From Clostridiaceae bacterium (lineage in GTDB: Bacteria; Bacillota; Clostridia; Saccharofermentanales; Saccharofermentanaceae), in assembly GCA_012838315.1 (NCBI GenBank), contig DUPM01000025.1, forward strand, positions 1 through 24,000: DNA of 24,000 nucleotides. Reading direction: 5' to 3'. Each line of letters begins with the position of its first letter. Positions within the stretch are counted from its first letter, which is position 1. Positions 1 to 7,393 of the stretch are shown here, piece by piece. The notes under the pieces were generated by a model. It worked only from the letters and a program-made list of their open reading frames with translations. It had not been told where the DNA came from and ran no database searches. Both the position numbers and the translations under genes were made by a program.

Positions 1-130
1 ATAACGAGGGGCTTTAATATGCAAATATTCATAATTTCTATGGCCGAATTAGCGATTTACGCTCAAAGACACAGAAACAAATAACCAAACAGTCGAACTC
101 AAAATTGCGAGGCGCTCTTAGGCAAAACTA

Positions 131-1729
131 TCATGGTGCAACCGTCGTAGCCTCTGTCGTAGCCTCAGTTGTTGCTTCAGTCGTAGCTTCAGTCGTAGCT
201 TCAGTCGTAGCCTCTGTCGTAGCCTCTGTTGGTGTAGTCGTTTCCTCAGTTGGTTCTGTTTCGCTCGGTAATGTTTCTGACGTCGTTTCTTCGGATTCAG
301 ACGATTCTGTAGACGCTGTTGTCGTTTCCTCAGTTGGTTCTGTATCGCTCGGCAAGGTTTCCTCCACAGTCGTTGCTTGCGTTGCGGGTGGTGAAGTTGT
401 TGCTTCTGTCTGCGGAATGGGTGTCGGGTCAGCTTCCAGTTCTGGCTGGAATTCATCAATAGTAGGATCAAGCTCAGAAAGATATGATGTCACAACAAAT
501 CCCTCTATGCCGTTATCCAAAGCAACTTTGCAGAAATACTCATTAAACTCCAAAATTGTAACGGCTTCTCCGCGCATTAGGTTGTAAAGAATCTGACTTT
601 CCAAAGCGGATGAAGCAAATACAGCATTGTTATCTTGTGTGCTGTACATTACCATGAAAAACACTTCAGATTCGTCGACGGTGCCTGTGATTATGGGCTG
701 GTTATCCTTGTCAATCTTTCCGATATTAAATAAAATCATCATTCCGAGACGACCTATTCCAAAAGTAACAAGCAGAATAATTATGGGTATAAATATATTG
801 CGGAGAATTCGATTCTTTCTTTTTCTTGCCATTAACTCATCATCTCCCTTTGCTGAGATCGTATCGGAAGTGGCAGATTTCTCGGATATATTGTTATCAG
901 CATATGCAATAGGTAGGCCTACGAACGGCGACACCACTTCAAAAGAAATTGAAACGATCGTCAATCCATATTTTGCCTGCTTCTCCTGAGCGAGTTCAAT
1001 TAATTTAAGTGTCTTCTTCTCAATCGCAAAATCTTCAGATACAATTGCTGTCATCTCAGCGGGTAATAGGTTGTGAGATATACCGGTACCGAATAAATAT
1101 ATCTCATCACCTTGCATTAGTTTAAAGTTAATCTTTAAGTCGGGGGTCACTTGACCATCTTGTTGGGATTTTCCTAGGTATTGTGTGAGATCGTTGCGTT
1201 CCGGGTGATTGATTTCGAGGTCTTTAGGCACCGATCCCATTTGTACATATCGGTGGGCAATTGTATGATCTTCAGTTAACGCAATTAATCGTCCTTTGCG
1301 ATAAAGAAAGGCCTTGGTATTACCAATATGAAAAATACGAACGACATCTCCGAAAACCACTAAAGCGGTCATAGACATCTTGATAGTAGCACCATTTTGA
1401 GTCGCTGAAGTGACCACCACCTCATTCAGCTCTCTAGCACACGATTCAGCATACACCTCGAAATCAGAATTAGCCGAATGCATCTGTGCCTGAGTAATTG
1501 AATGAAATTTAGCTATTACGGATTGTAATGTAGTCGCGGCGATATTGTCCGGTCCTTGCGCAGAAAAAACGCAAAATACCTGAACATCATTATGAGACGT
1601 CGCTTTCTTAGCAAATACTGTAGAATACTCTTGCGGCTGTCGGTAAAGGCCTTGAATGTATATATTCTCTTGGTTAGAACCGGATAATTTATTAGTATGG
1701 CAGATTGTAGCTGCACTGGTATGACTCAT
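131..1729 (-). CDS. Membrane-anchored PP2C-fold protein (predicted catalytically degenerate). It has an N-terminal cytoplasmic PP2C-like domain, one TM helix, an extracellular SH3b-like domain and a C-terminal Thr/Glu/Pro-rich repeat tail.
   Basis: ORF 131..1744. I prefer the ATG at 1729 (MSHTS...), which is preceded by GGGGAG plus a 7-nt spacer; the track start at 1744 is a TTG. The protein aligns block by block with PrpC/Stp-type PP2C: HIGNTKAFLY vs HIGDSRxYL, LTEDHT vs TEDHS, HPERNDLTQYLG vs HPRKNVLTKALG, GDEIYLFGTGI vs GDxLLLCSDGL. TM helix: ILRNIFIPIIILLVTFGIGRLGMMILF (about nt 728..811). SH3b-like pattern: RGEAVTILEF..KVALDNGIEGFVVTSYLS (about nt 470..667). The tail is TEATT/TEPTEETTT repeats. 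Confidence 0.8.
   Translation of the reverse strand: MSHTSAATICHTNKLSGSNQENIYIQGLYRQPQEYSTVFAKKATSHNDVQVFCVFSAQGPDNIAATTLQSVIAKFHSITQAQMHSANSDFEVYAESCARELNEVVVTSATQNGATIKMSMTALVVFGDVVRIFHIGNTKAFLYRKGRLIALTEDHTIAHRYVQMGSVPKDLEINHPERNDLTQYLGKSQQDGQVTPDLKINFKLMQGDEIYLFGTGISHNLLPAEMTAIVSEDFAIEKKTLKLIELAQEKQAKYGLTIVSISFEVVSPFVGLPIAYADNNISEKSATSDTISAKGDDELMARKRKNRILRNIFIPIIILLVTFGIGRLGMMILFNIGKIDKDNQPIITGTVDESEVFFMVMYSTQDNNAVFASSALESQILYNLMRGEAVTILEFNEYFCKVALDNGIEGFVVTSYLSELDPTIDEFQPELEADPTPIPQTEATTSPPATQATTVEETLPSDTEPTEETTTASTESSESEETTSETLPSETEPTEETTTPTEATTEATTEATTEATTEATTEATTEATTVAP
144..239 (-). repeat. In-frame 12-bp tandem repeat of about 7 good copies plus 1 degenerate copy, encoding (TEAT)n at the C-terminus of the PP2C-like protein.
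   Basis: Plus-strand units are gtcgtagcctct / gtcgtagcctca / gttgttgcttca / gtcgtagcttca x2 / gtcgtagcctct x2 / gttggtgtagtc, head to tail from 144. The period of 12 bp equals 4 codons. Confidence 0.9.
237..352 (-). repeat. Two copies of a 32-bp unit, 84 bp apart, encoding the ETLPS(D/E)TEPTEETTT segment.
   Basis: gtcgtttcctcagttggttctgtttcgctcgg at 237..268 versus gtcgtttcctcagttggttctgtatcgctcgg at 321..352 (31/32 identical). Confidence 0.85.
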
Positions 1730-1731
1730 AA

Positions 1732-2880
1732 TTATTCTCCCCAAATAAATTGATGTAGTTCAGGAATTTGCCTGTTCCAATCTACAATCATCATCCAAGG
1801 ATTCTGTTGCACCGTAAATAATCCATCTGCTGGAACACGATATTCCGTTCGATTATCAAGGATATCAAGAACCGAGGAACCGACACGAATGAGATCAATT
1901 GATGTCATGTTAGTCTCAAACATGCCGGCCATATCTTCAACGAGTGACATTTGTTGAAGTGTTGAATATGACGATACTTTGGTCATTAAAGCAAACGCCA
2001 GTGTGCGCTGTCGGCCACTTCTCACATAATCCGAGTCTAACTTACGAATACGAGACCAAGCAACGGCCTGAATGCCATCAAGAGTTTGATAACCGCCATG
2101 CGTCAAATAGGGCACATTCTTATTTAGTAGTTGATTCTGTTCTTCAATAGACATATTGGCATACTTAGCTTCACCTGCAGTAATCTCCAACTCGATGCCG
2201 CCGACTGCATCAATGACTTTTGTAGAGCTACTAAAATCAAGCATGACAAAACGCTGAATATCCAATCCGAAATTCTCATTAATAGTATTAATTAATAAAC
2301 CAACCCCACCATAAGTATACGAGTGATTTAGCTTATCTGTTTTCGATCGGCCTTCAATGGTCACACCGGTATCCCTCATCAATGAGATGAGTTTAATCGT
2401 GTCTGTTTTTTTATCAATAGAAACTATCATAATCGCGTCCGCTCGACTCTGAACTTCTCCGGACCCACGTGCGTCAATACCAAAGACAAGAATATTCTCG
2501 ACATCGCGATCTTTTTGTTTTACTTTCTTTATCGGATGGTCAGGGTCGACGTACACACTGGTATGTCCGCCATCTTGCCAAGATGATGTAGTGTCACCGC
2601 TCATGTCGAAACTATCTAGCGAGCCGATTTCTATTGGCTCGTAATCTTCTGCCTTGACAAATGGTGTGATTACATGTCTAAATCCATTAGAAATATTTAG
2701 TATATACGAGAATATGCCGGCGCCTAAACCAAAGGCCCCGATAACAATATAAAGTAAAGATTTAAGTAAAACGCCAACCGCCCTTTTACCAAGAGATTTC
2801 TGGGGCGCAGGTGTCATTGTAGCAGTCGAAGACCGACCTTGAGTCGCAGATAACCTATTACTATTTACACGATTTTTCAA
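1732..2880 (-). CDS. LytR-CpsA-Psr (LCP) family cell-wall glycopolymer ligase / 'transcriptional attenuator', with an N-terminal TM anchor.
   Basis: LCP hallmarks: ILVFGIDARG....SRADAIMIVSID....IKLISLMRDT, plus GGVGLLINTINENFGLDIQRFVMLDF and AVGGIELEI. TM helix: VGVLLKSLLYIVIGAFGLGAGIFSYIL. The start is a TTG at 2880, preceded by GAGAGGTG and a 7-nt spacer. Confidence 0.9.
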   Translation of the reverse strand: MKNRVNSNRLSATQGRSSTATMTPAPQKSLGKRAVGVLLKSLLYIVIGAFGLGAGIFSYILNISNGFRHVITPFVKAEDYEPIEIGSLDSFDMSGDTTSSWQDGGHTSVYVDPDHPIKKVKQKDRDVENILVFGIDARGSGEVQSRADAIMIVSIDKKTDTIKLISLMRDTGVTIEGRSKTDKLNHSYTYGGVGLLINTINENFGLDIQRFVMLDFSSSTKVIDAVGGIELEITAGEAKYANMSIEEQNQLLNKNVPYLTHGGYQTLDGIQAVAWSRIRKLDSDYVRSGRQRTLAFALMTKVSSYSTLQQMSLVEDMAGMFETNMTSIDLIRVGSSVLDILDNRTEYRVPADGLFTVQQNPWMMIVDWNRQIPELHQFIWGE

Positions 2881-2912
2881 TAATTGTCACCTCTCTAAAA
2901 CGAATCGCACTC

Positions 2913-2941
2913 ATGATACCTTGTTTGGAGACTATTTTCAA
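2913..2941 (-). promoter_or_regulatory. Candidate sigma-A promoter for the LCP / PP2C-like gene pair.
   Basis: Minus strand reads TTGAAA (2941..2936), a 17-nt spacer, then TATCAT (2918..2913), about 30 nt upstream of the RBS. Confidence 0.45.
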
Positions 2942-2992
2942 TCGTATTGTTTTAATCATAAGACTAGAGTGATCTTCACAAAAAATACGTAA

Positions 2993-3020
2993 TTTCATTC
3001 CAGAGGAAGTGTGGTAAAAT
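2993..3020 (+). promoter_or_regulatory. Candidate extended -10 promoter for the DUF3048 lipoprotein gene.
   Basis: TTTCAT (2993..2998), a 16-nt spacer, then TAAAAT (3015..3020) with an upstream TG (tgGTAAAAT, 3012..3020). The RBS AGAGG lies at about 3038..3042, before the ATG at 3051. Confidence 0.4.
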
Positions 3021-3050
3021 GATGGAAATTTTAGACAAGAGGTATAAAGA

Positions 3051-4247
3051 ATGAAAATATATACTAAGAAACTCCAATCTTTGCTCGTTTTTTTACTCGT
3101 AATTCTTTCTGCATTTACGATTGCTTCATGCGGTAAAAAACCGAATGAGACGGCTTCGACTTCTATCGTAGAATCATCCGCAACGATACCGGAGACGCTT
3201 CAAGAGACGACAGTGCCGGCTGAGACAACAGTACTGGAGACGAGACCTACGAAATCAGAAATCGGCGAGAACGGACTCGCTTATAACCCGTTAACCGGAG
3301 AATATTCCACATCAATAGACAACATTGGCAAAAGATCTGTCAGTATTGTTGTGAACAATCATCAATCCGCTTTGCCACAGCGCGGTCTTAGTGCTGCTGA
3401 AATAATATACGAGTACGAGACTGAGGGCGGCCAAACTCGGTTGTTGGCTCTATTCACTGATATTTCGACAGTTCCGGAAATCGGCTCAATTCGAAGCGCA
3501 CGCACAGTGAGCACAGATCTTGCTGCCACTACTCAATCATTGTTTGTTCATTTTGGGTTCAATCCACGCGTACCTGACTATCTTGCCGCGAATAAATTAG
3601 ATCATATCGACGGGAATAATTACTGCGCATCATCCGGATCTTCTGTGAATGGTCAGATTGAACTTTCATCGGGACGCTTTTTCTGGAGAGATAACACATG
3701 GAAATCTCAGCGTTCATCTGAGCATACGGCCGTGACAAACGGAACACAATTGCTAAGAGCTATGGAACATCTTGGAATCACTCAAGAAGGTAGTACTCCG
3801 GAAATGTTCTATTTTGGAGATACATCTAAATCTGCAATTGCAAACGGTAAAGATTGTAATTCAATGAACGTGTATTTTTCTGCCACGAACGATGATGCCT
3901 TATTTGAATATGATCCTGAGATTAAGCTTTATTCAAAAAGCCAGTACAATGGCAAGGCGCAGATTGACGAAACCACCGGCGAACGCATAAAGTTCAAAAA
4001 CGTATTTGTGTTTTTCACCGACATCAAACCTCATGGAGACTCTACAGTAAATGCAAATTTCCATCTTGGCGGAACGGGATACTACGTCAGCGAAGGAAAA
4101 GCAATTGACATCACTTGGACAAAGGACACCCCAAACTCATTGTTTGTCGTCAAAGACGCTTCGGGAGAAGAAATTACTGTAAACCCGGGGAAATCGTATA
4201 TTTGTATTGTAAGATCAACCAATGCATCAAAGACCACAATTTCCTAG
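3051..4247 (+). CDS. Lipoprotein of the DUF3048 (YerB-like) family.
   Basis: Signal peptide plus lipobox (LVILSAFTIASC|GK). A Thr/Glu-rich linker follows. The DUF3048-like core is RSVSIVVNNHQSALPQRGLSAAEIIYEYETEGGQTRLLALF, as recalled from YerB-type proteins. Confidence 0.8.
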   Translation: MKIYTKKLQSLLVFLLVILSAFTIASCGKKPNETASTSIVESSATIPETLQETTVPAETTVLETRPTKSEIGENGLAYNPLTGEYSTSIDNIGKRSVSIVVNNHQSALPQRGLSAAEIIYEYETEGGQTRLLALFTDISTVPEIGSIRSARTVSTDLAATTQSLFVHFGFNPRVPDYLAANKLDHIDGNNYCASSGSSVNGQIELSSGRFFWRDNTWKSQRSSEHTAVTNGTQLLRAMEHLGITQEGSTPEMFYFGDTSKSAIANGKDCNSMNVYFSATNDDALFEYDPEIKLYSKSQYNGKAQIDETTGERIKFKNVFVFFTDIKPHGDSTVNANFHLGGTGYYVSEGKAIDITWTKDTPNSLFVVKDASGEEITVNPGKSYICIVRSTNASKTTIS

Positions 4248-4264
4248 TCTGATAGAGTATTCTT

Positions 4265-4825
4265 CTACTCCACTAAAAGCGGCTCTTTATGCCGCTTTTT
4301 TCTTATGATGTTGGTTATGAATATAATGATACGAATGAAAATGAGCACCAGCATACCACTTGCGACATCAATTAGCACATCGAAGAATCTCCCGTTTCTT
4401 CCGGGAACAAACAATTGATGGTATTCGTCGATGACTGCGATAAGAACCGTAATCCAAATTGAGAATGAAGCATTCATATCAAATCCAGGCTTTATATCCT
4501 TGTCAGTAACGACGATAATTCTTCGAGAAAGAAGAATTCTCGAAGATGAAGCAAACGCAAGATATGAAAGAAGTGTTAGTATAGAGAATTCCGCAAAATG
4601 TGCAAACTTACGCACTAGGTATAACGGAAACTCTCTGCCGGTCCAAGACAATAATAACTTACCAATTTCTTCGCTTCTTGTGGCTGAATCGATTCCGCTC
4701 TCTGATGAAAACATGAAAATGACCATCATCCAAAAAATAACGCAAACCCAAAGGGTTATCGCTAATAATAAATACGTTAATCGAATTTTCTTTTTTTTCT
4801 CTTCCAATGTGTCCCACCCATTCAA
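4265..4825 (-). CDS. VanZ-like family membrane protein.
   Basis: Four predicted TM segments and VanZ-type motifs: RKFAHFAEFSILTLL and DEYHQLFVPGRNGRFFDVLIDVASG. The start is uncertain: the TTG at 4825 has no convincing SD and lies 2 nt after the smpB stop. Confidence 0.7.
   Translation of the reverse strand: MNGWDTLEEKKKKIRLTYLLLAITLWVCVIFWMMVIFMFSSESGIDSATRSEEIGKLLLSWTGREFPLYLVRKFAHFAEFSILTLLSYLAFASSSRILLSRRIIVVTDKDIKPGFDMNASFSIWITVLIAVIDEYHQLFVPGRNGRFFDVLIDVASGMLVLIFIRIIIFITNIIRKKRHKEPLLVE
4275..4301. terminator. Bidirectional rho-independent terminator between convergent genes.
   Basis: AAAAGCGGC-tctttat-GCCGCTTTTTT. The 6-bp stem is AGCGGC/GCCGCT (G+C-rich, extendable by flanking A-T pairs), with an A-tract on one side and a T-tract on the other. 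It lies 28 nt after the stop at 4247 and inside the last codons of the vanZ-like ORF. Confidence 0.7.
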
Positions 4826-4829
4826 AAAA

Positions 4830-5306
4830 CTATTGAGCGTCTTTGGCTCGATTTTTCATGACACGTTCAATATCGCGCTGTGACTCTCTCTTAGACAATG
4901 CCTCGCGCTTGTCATAAGTATGTTTTCCCTTTACAAGAGCAATTTCAATCTTGACCCGACCTCTTTTAAAATAACACTTTAAGGGCACAATTGTCAGGCC
5001 TTCTTGCTTTACTTGCAAAAATAAACGCAATATTTCATTTTTATGAAGTAATAATTTTCGATGTCTAAGCGGATCTTTGTTGCTGCGATTGCCCTGTTCA
5101 TAAGGGCTGACATGTGTGCCAATAAGCCACATCTCTCCATTTTGAACAGAGGCGTAACTATCTTTAAGATTGATTTTCCCGGCTCGTATAGACTTTACCT
5201 CTGTGCCCGTCAATACAATTCCGGTCTCAAATCGCTCAATGATATGGTAATCATGAAACGCTTTGCGATTATCTGCAACGACCTTTATTGATTCTCTATC
5301 TGCCAT
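4830..5306 (-). CDS. smpB: SsrA (tmRNA)-binding protein SmpB.
   Basis: NRKAFHDYHIIERFETGIVLTGTEVKSIRAGKINLKDSYA..., with the basic C-tail typical of SmpB. RBS is AGGAGACAAA-ATG. Confidence 0.95.
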   Translation of the reverse strand: MADRESIKVVADNRKAFHDYHIIERFETGIVLTGTEVKSIRAGKINLKDSYASVQNGEMWLIGTHVSPYEQGNRSNKDPLRHRKLLLHKNEILRLFLQVKQEGLTIVPLKCYFKRGRVKIEIALVKGKHTYDKREALSKRESQRDIERVMKNRAKDAQ

Positions 5307-5314
5307 TTTGTCTC

Positions 5315-6334
5315 CTAATATTGCATTTGCTGTATTGATGGATATGCGTTTAATGAAAGATCTGCGCGAACGCCATTGATATAATTATAGTATCCTGCCG
5401 CAGCCACCATCGCCGCATTGTCTGTACACAAATCAAGCGGTGGCATGTATAAGTTGATATCATTAGCAGTCGCTAACTCACTGATTTTCTTTCTTAAGAA
5501 AGAGTTGGCGCTCACGCCGCCTGCTATACAAAGTGTATCATACCCGGATTGAATACATGCGGCCACAGCGTTCTCTGCAAGAACATTCGCAACCGAACTC
5601 TGATAAGACGCCGCGAACGATGCAATATCAATTTTTTCTTGTCGTTGCTCGTATTGATGAATCAGATTCAGAGCAAAAGTCTTAATGCCACTAAAAGAAA
5701 AGTCCAGACCGCTCCCAGCTGTCGGCTTAGGGAAGGTGTAACGACCGACATCTGCATTTTGAGCAATATTATCCATTTTGGGCCCGCCGGGGTATCCCAA
5801 ACCCAAAACGCGAGCAATCTTATCAATCGCTTCTCCTGCAGCATCATCACGCGTTCCGGCGATAATTTCAAATTTATTCCAATCGGACACCTTAATGATT
5901 TCACTATGACCGCCGGATACAACTAAAGTCATAAACGGCGGCTTCAAATCTGAATGAACCAAATAATTTGCGGATATGTGTGCATTGATATGATTGACCG
6001 GGACTAATGGTTTTCCGGTCATTTCCGACAAACCTTTTGCGGCAGATACTCCCACCAATAATGCCCCGACAAGGCCAGGGCCACACGTGACACAAATAGC
6101 ATCAATATTATCAAGAGAGATATTCGCTTGAGATAATGAATCCGATAGACACGGAATGACTGCCTCAACATGCATACGAGCCGCAATTTCAGGAACAACA
6201 CCGCCATAGACACTATGAAAGTCTGCCTGGGAAGCAATAATGTTCGACAACAGCTCCCTGCCATTTTTTACAACAGCACAGGCCGTCTCGTCGCACGATG
6301 TCTCTATTCCTAAAGTATATATATCCAAGTTCAT
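5315..6334 (-). CDS. tsaD: tRNA N6-adenosine threonylcarbamoyltransferase TsaD (Kae1/Gcp family).
   Basis: LGIETSCDETACAVV, GVVPEIAARMH, CVTCGPGLVGALLVG, VPVNHINAHI and VSGGHSEI. The start may be the ATG at 6334 or the TTG at 6328, because GAGGAG abuts the ATG. Confidence 0.95.
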   Translation of the reverse strand: MNLDIYTLGIETSCDETACAVVKNGRELLSNIIASQADFHSVYGGVVPEIAARMHVEAVIPCLSDSLSQANISLDNIDAICVTCGPGLVGALLVGVSAAKGLSEMTGKPLVPVNHINAHISANYLVHSDLKPPFMTLVVSGGHSEIIKVSDWNKFEIIAGTRDDAAGEAIDKIARVLGLGYPGGPKMDNIAQNADVGRYTFPKPTAGSGLDFSFSGIKTFALNLIHQYEQRQEKIDIASFAASYQSSVANVLAENAVAACIQSGYDTLCIAGGVSANSFLRKKISELATANDINLYMPPLDLCTDNAAMVAAAGYYNYINGVRADLSLNAYPSIQQMQY

Positions 6335-6372
6335 CTCCTCAAAATAACTATGTATATATTATATGCGATATT

Positions 6373-7383
6373 CTATCCGAAAAACGTATCCAGATAATGA
6401 TTTATTACACGAAGATAAAGATCGGAATCGGTCTCATACGACTCAATATATCCGGCGTTCTCAAACACCTGTTTAACAGTGGTATTCGGGTGAAGTCGCT
6501 CTCGCTCAGTTACCATTTGATCGATAATATCTTTTCCGATGAACAAATCGTTTTCGCCATATAAGATGCAAATCGGAATGGAAAGTCGGGAAATCTGCGA
6601 AGCGAGATTAACATTTTCTGATTCACCGGACGAGATCCTGATGGCATAAGGAACAAAGTATTGAGTCAGAAATCCGAGTCGGAAATTTTGCTTTACAACA
6701 GGCCTCAAGTAATCATCAGAATATTTTGCAGGAGAGTCAAGTATTAATCCGGAAACATAACTTCTATCAAAATCAAGGTCTCGAATTTTTGCGGGATAAT
6801 TCGACGAATCATCCGTGGCTGTCGGCAAATGGTAAATTGCTAAAAGCGAAGATGAGCAACCGGTTCCAATACCGTAGAGAATGACATCCTGCGTGACAGA
6901 AATCTTTCTCACATGATCTATTGCACCAATGACGTCTTTCCACTCCATATAACCGAAAGCGCTGGTATTTCCGGAAGATTCGCCGGAATTTCTCTGGTCA
7001 AATAAAAATACGTTATAACCAAGGTTCATAAAATCTTCAATCATATCGACCGTTTCCACATCAAATTGGAGGCGATTTGAACCGGTGTTATGAACAAGAA
7101 TGATCGTGCTCTTCGGGTTGTTCACCTTGAAAAACCAAGCAGATAGGTTCGTTTGATTATCGAAAGAAGTAAAACTCGTAGGCAAATATGGTGGCAAGAT
7201 ATTCGAAGGAATCGAAATCTTTGTAACAGTCTTAGTGCTCATCATGCTGTTGGCAGTATTTGCAGTAACTATAATGACGAAAGCGACAAGAACTGCCATA
7301 ACACTGAATATCAATGCAGAGCGAACGATAATTTTCTGAACAGGAATCCGCGTGCCCTGGTGTTTGGTAAGTCCTCTTCCCAT
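6373..7383 (-). CDS. Membrane-anchored alpha/beta-hydrolase-fold protein in which the catalytic triad appears degenerate.
   Basis: N-terminal TM helix (ALIFSVMAVLVAFVIIVTA). Fold landmarks: IILVHNTGSNR; GYNVFLFDQRNSGESSG; nucleophile elbow ILYGIGTGCSS; ICILYGENDLFIG; FENAGYIESY. RBS is GAGAGG plus a 5-nt spacer. Confidence 0.75.
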   Translation of the reverse strand: MGRGLTKHQGTRIPVQKIIVRSALIFSVMAVLVAFVIIVTANTANSMMSTKTVTKISIPSNILPPYLPTSFTSFDNQTNLSAWFFKVNNPKSTIILVHNTGSNRLQFDVETVDMIEDFMNLGYNVFLFDQRNSGESSGNTSAFGYMEWKDVIGAIDHVRKISVTQDVILYGIGTGCSSSLLAIYHLPTATDDSSNYPAKIRDLDFDRSYVSGLILDSPAKYSDDYLRPVVKQNFRLGFLTQYFVPYAIRISSGESENVNLASQISRLSIPICILYGENDLFIGKDIIDQMVTERERLHPNTTVKQVFENAGYIESYETDSDLYLRVINHYLDTFFG

Positions 7384-7393
7384 CTCGACCTCT

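Noticed and set aside
1-130. A possible minus-strand ORF starting at the ATG at 32..30 (MNICILKPLV...) and running off the left edge, plus a tiny GCG/CGC hairpin after the PP2C-like stop.
   Set aside because: Only about 10 codons are visible with no SD, and the hairpin has a 3-bp stem. The evidence is insufficient for either call.
144-239. Short tandem repeats that could be mistaken for a CRISPR-like array.
   Set aside because: The units are 12 bp, directly abutting with no spacers, in frame inside a CDS, and no cas genes are present. This is a coding low-complexity repeat.
105-587. Plus-strand ORF of 160 aa with a striking (VASV)n repeat.
   Set aside because: It is the antisense shadow of the (TEAT)n-encoding tandem repeat. 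The minus-strand ORF has recognisable PP2C/SH3b domains, an RBS and operon context, and the plus-strand ORF has none.
4431-4883. Plus-strand ORF of 150 aa, together with the many other 60-145-aa ORFs nested in or antisense to tsaD, purL, htpG, metY, corA and rsmA.
   Set aside because: All lie inside strongly supported conserved CDSs on the other strand or in another frame. They have low-complexity or stop-avoiding composition and no RBS.
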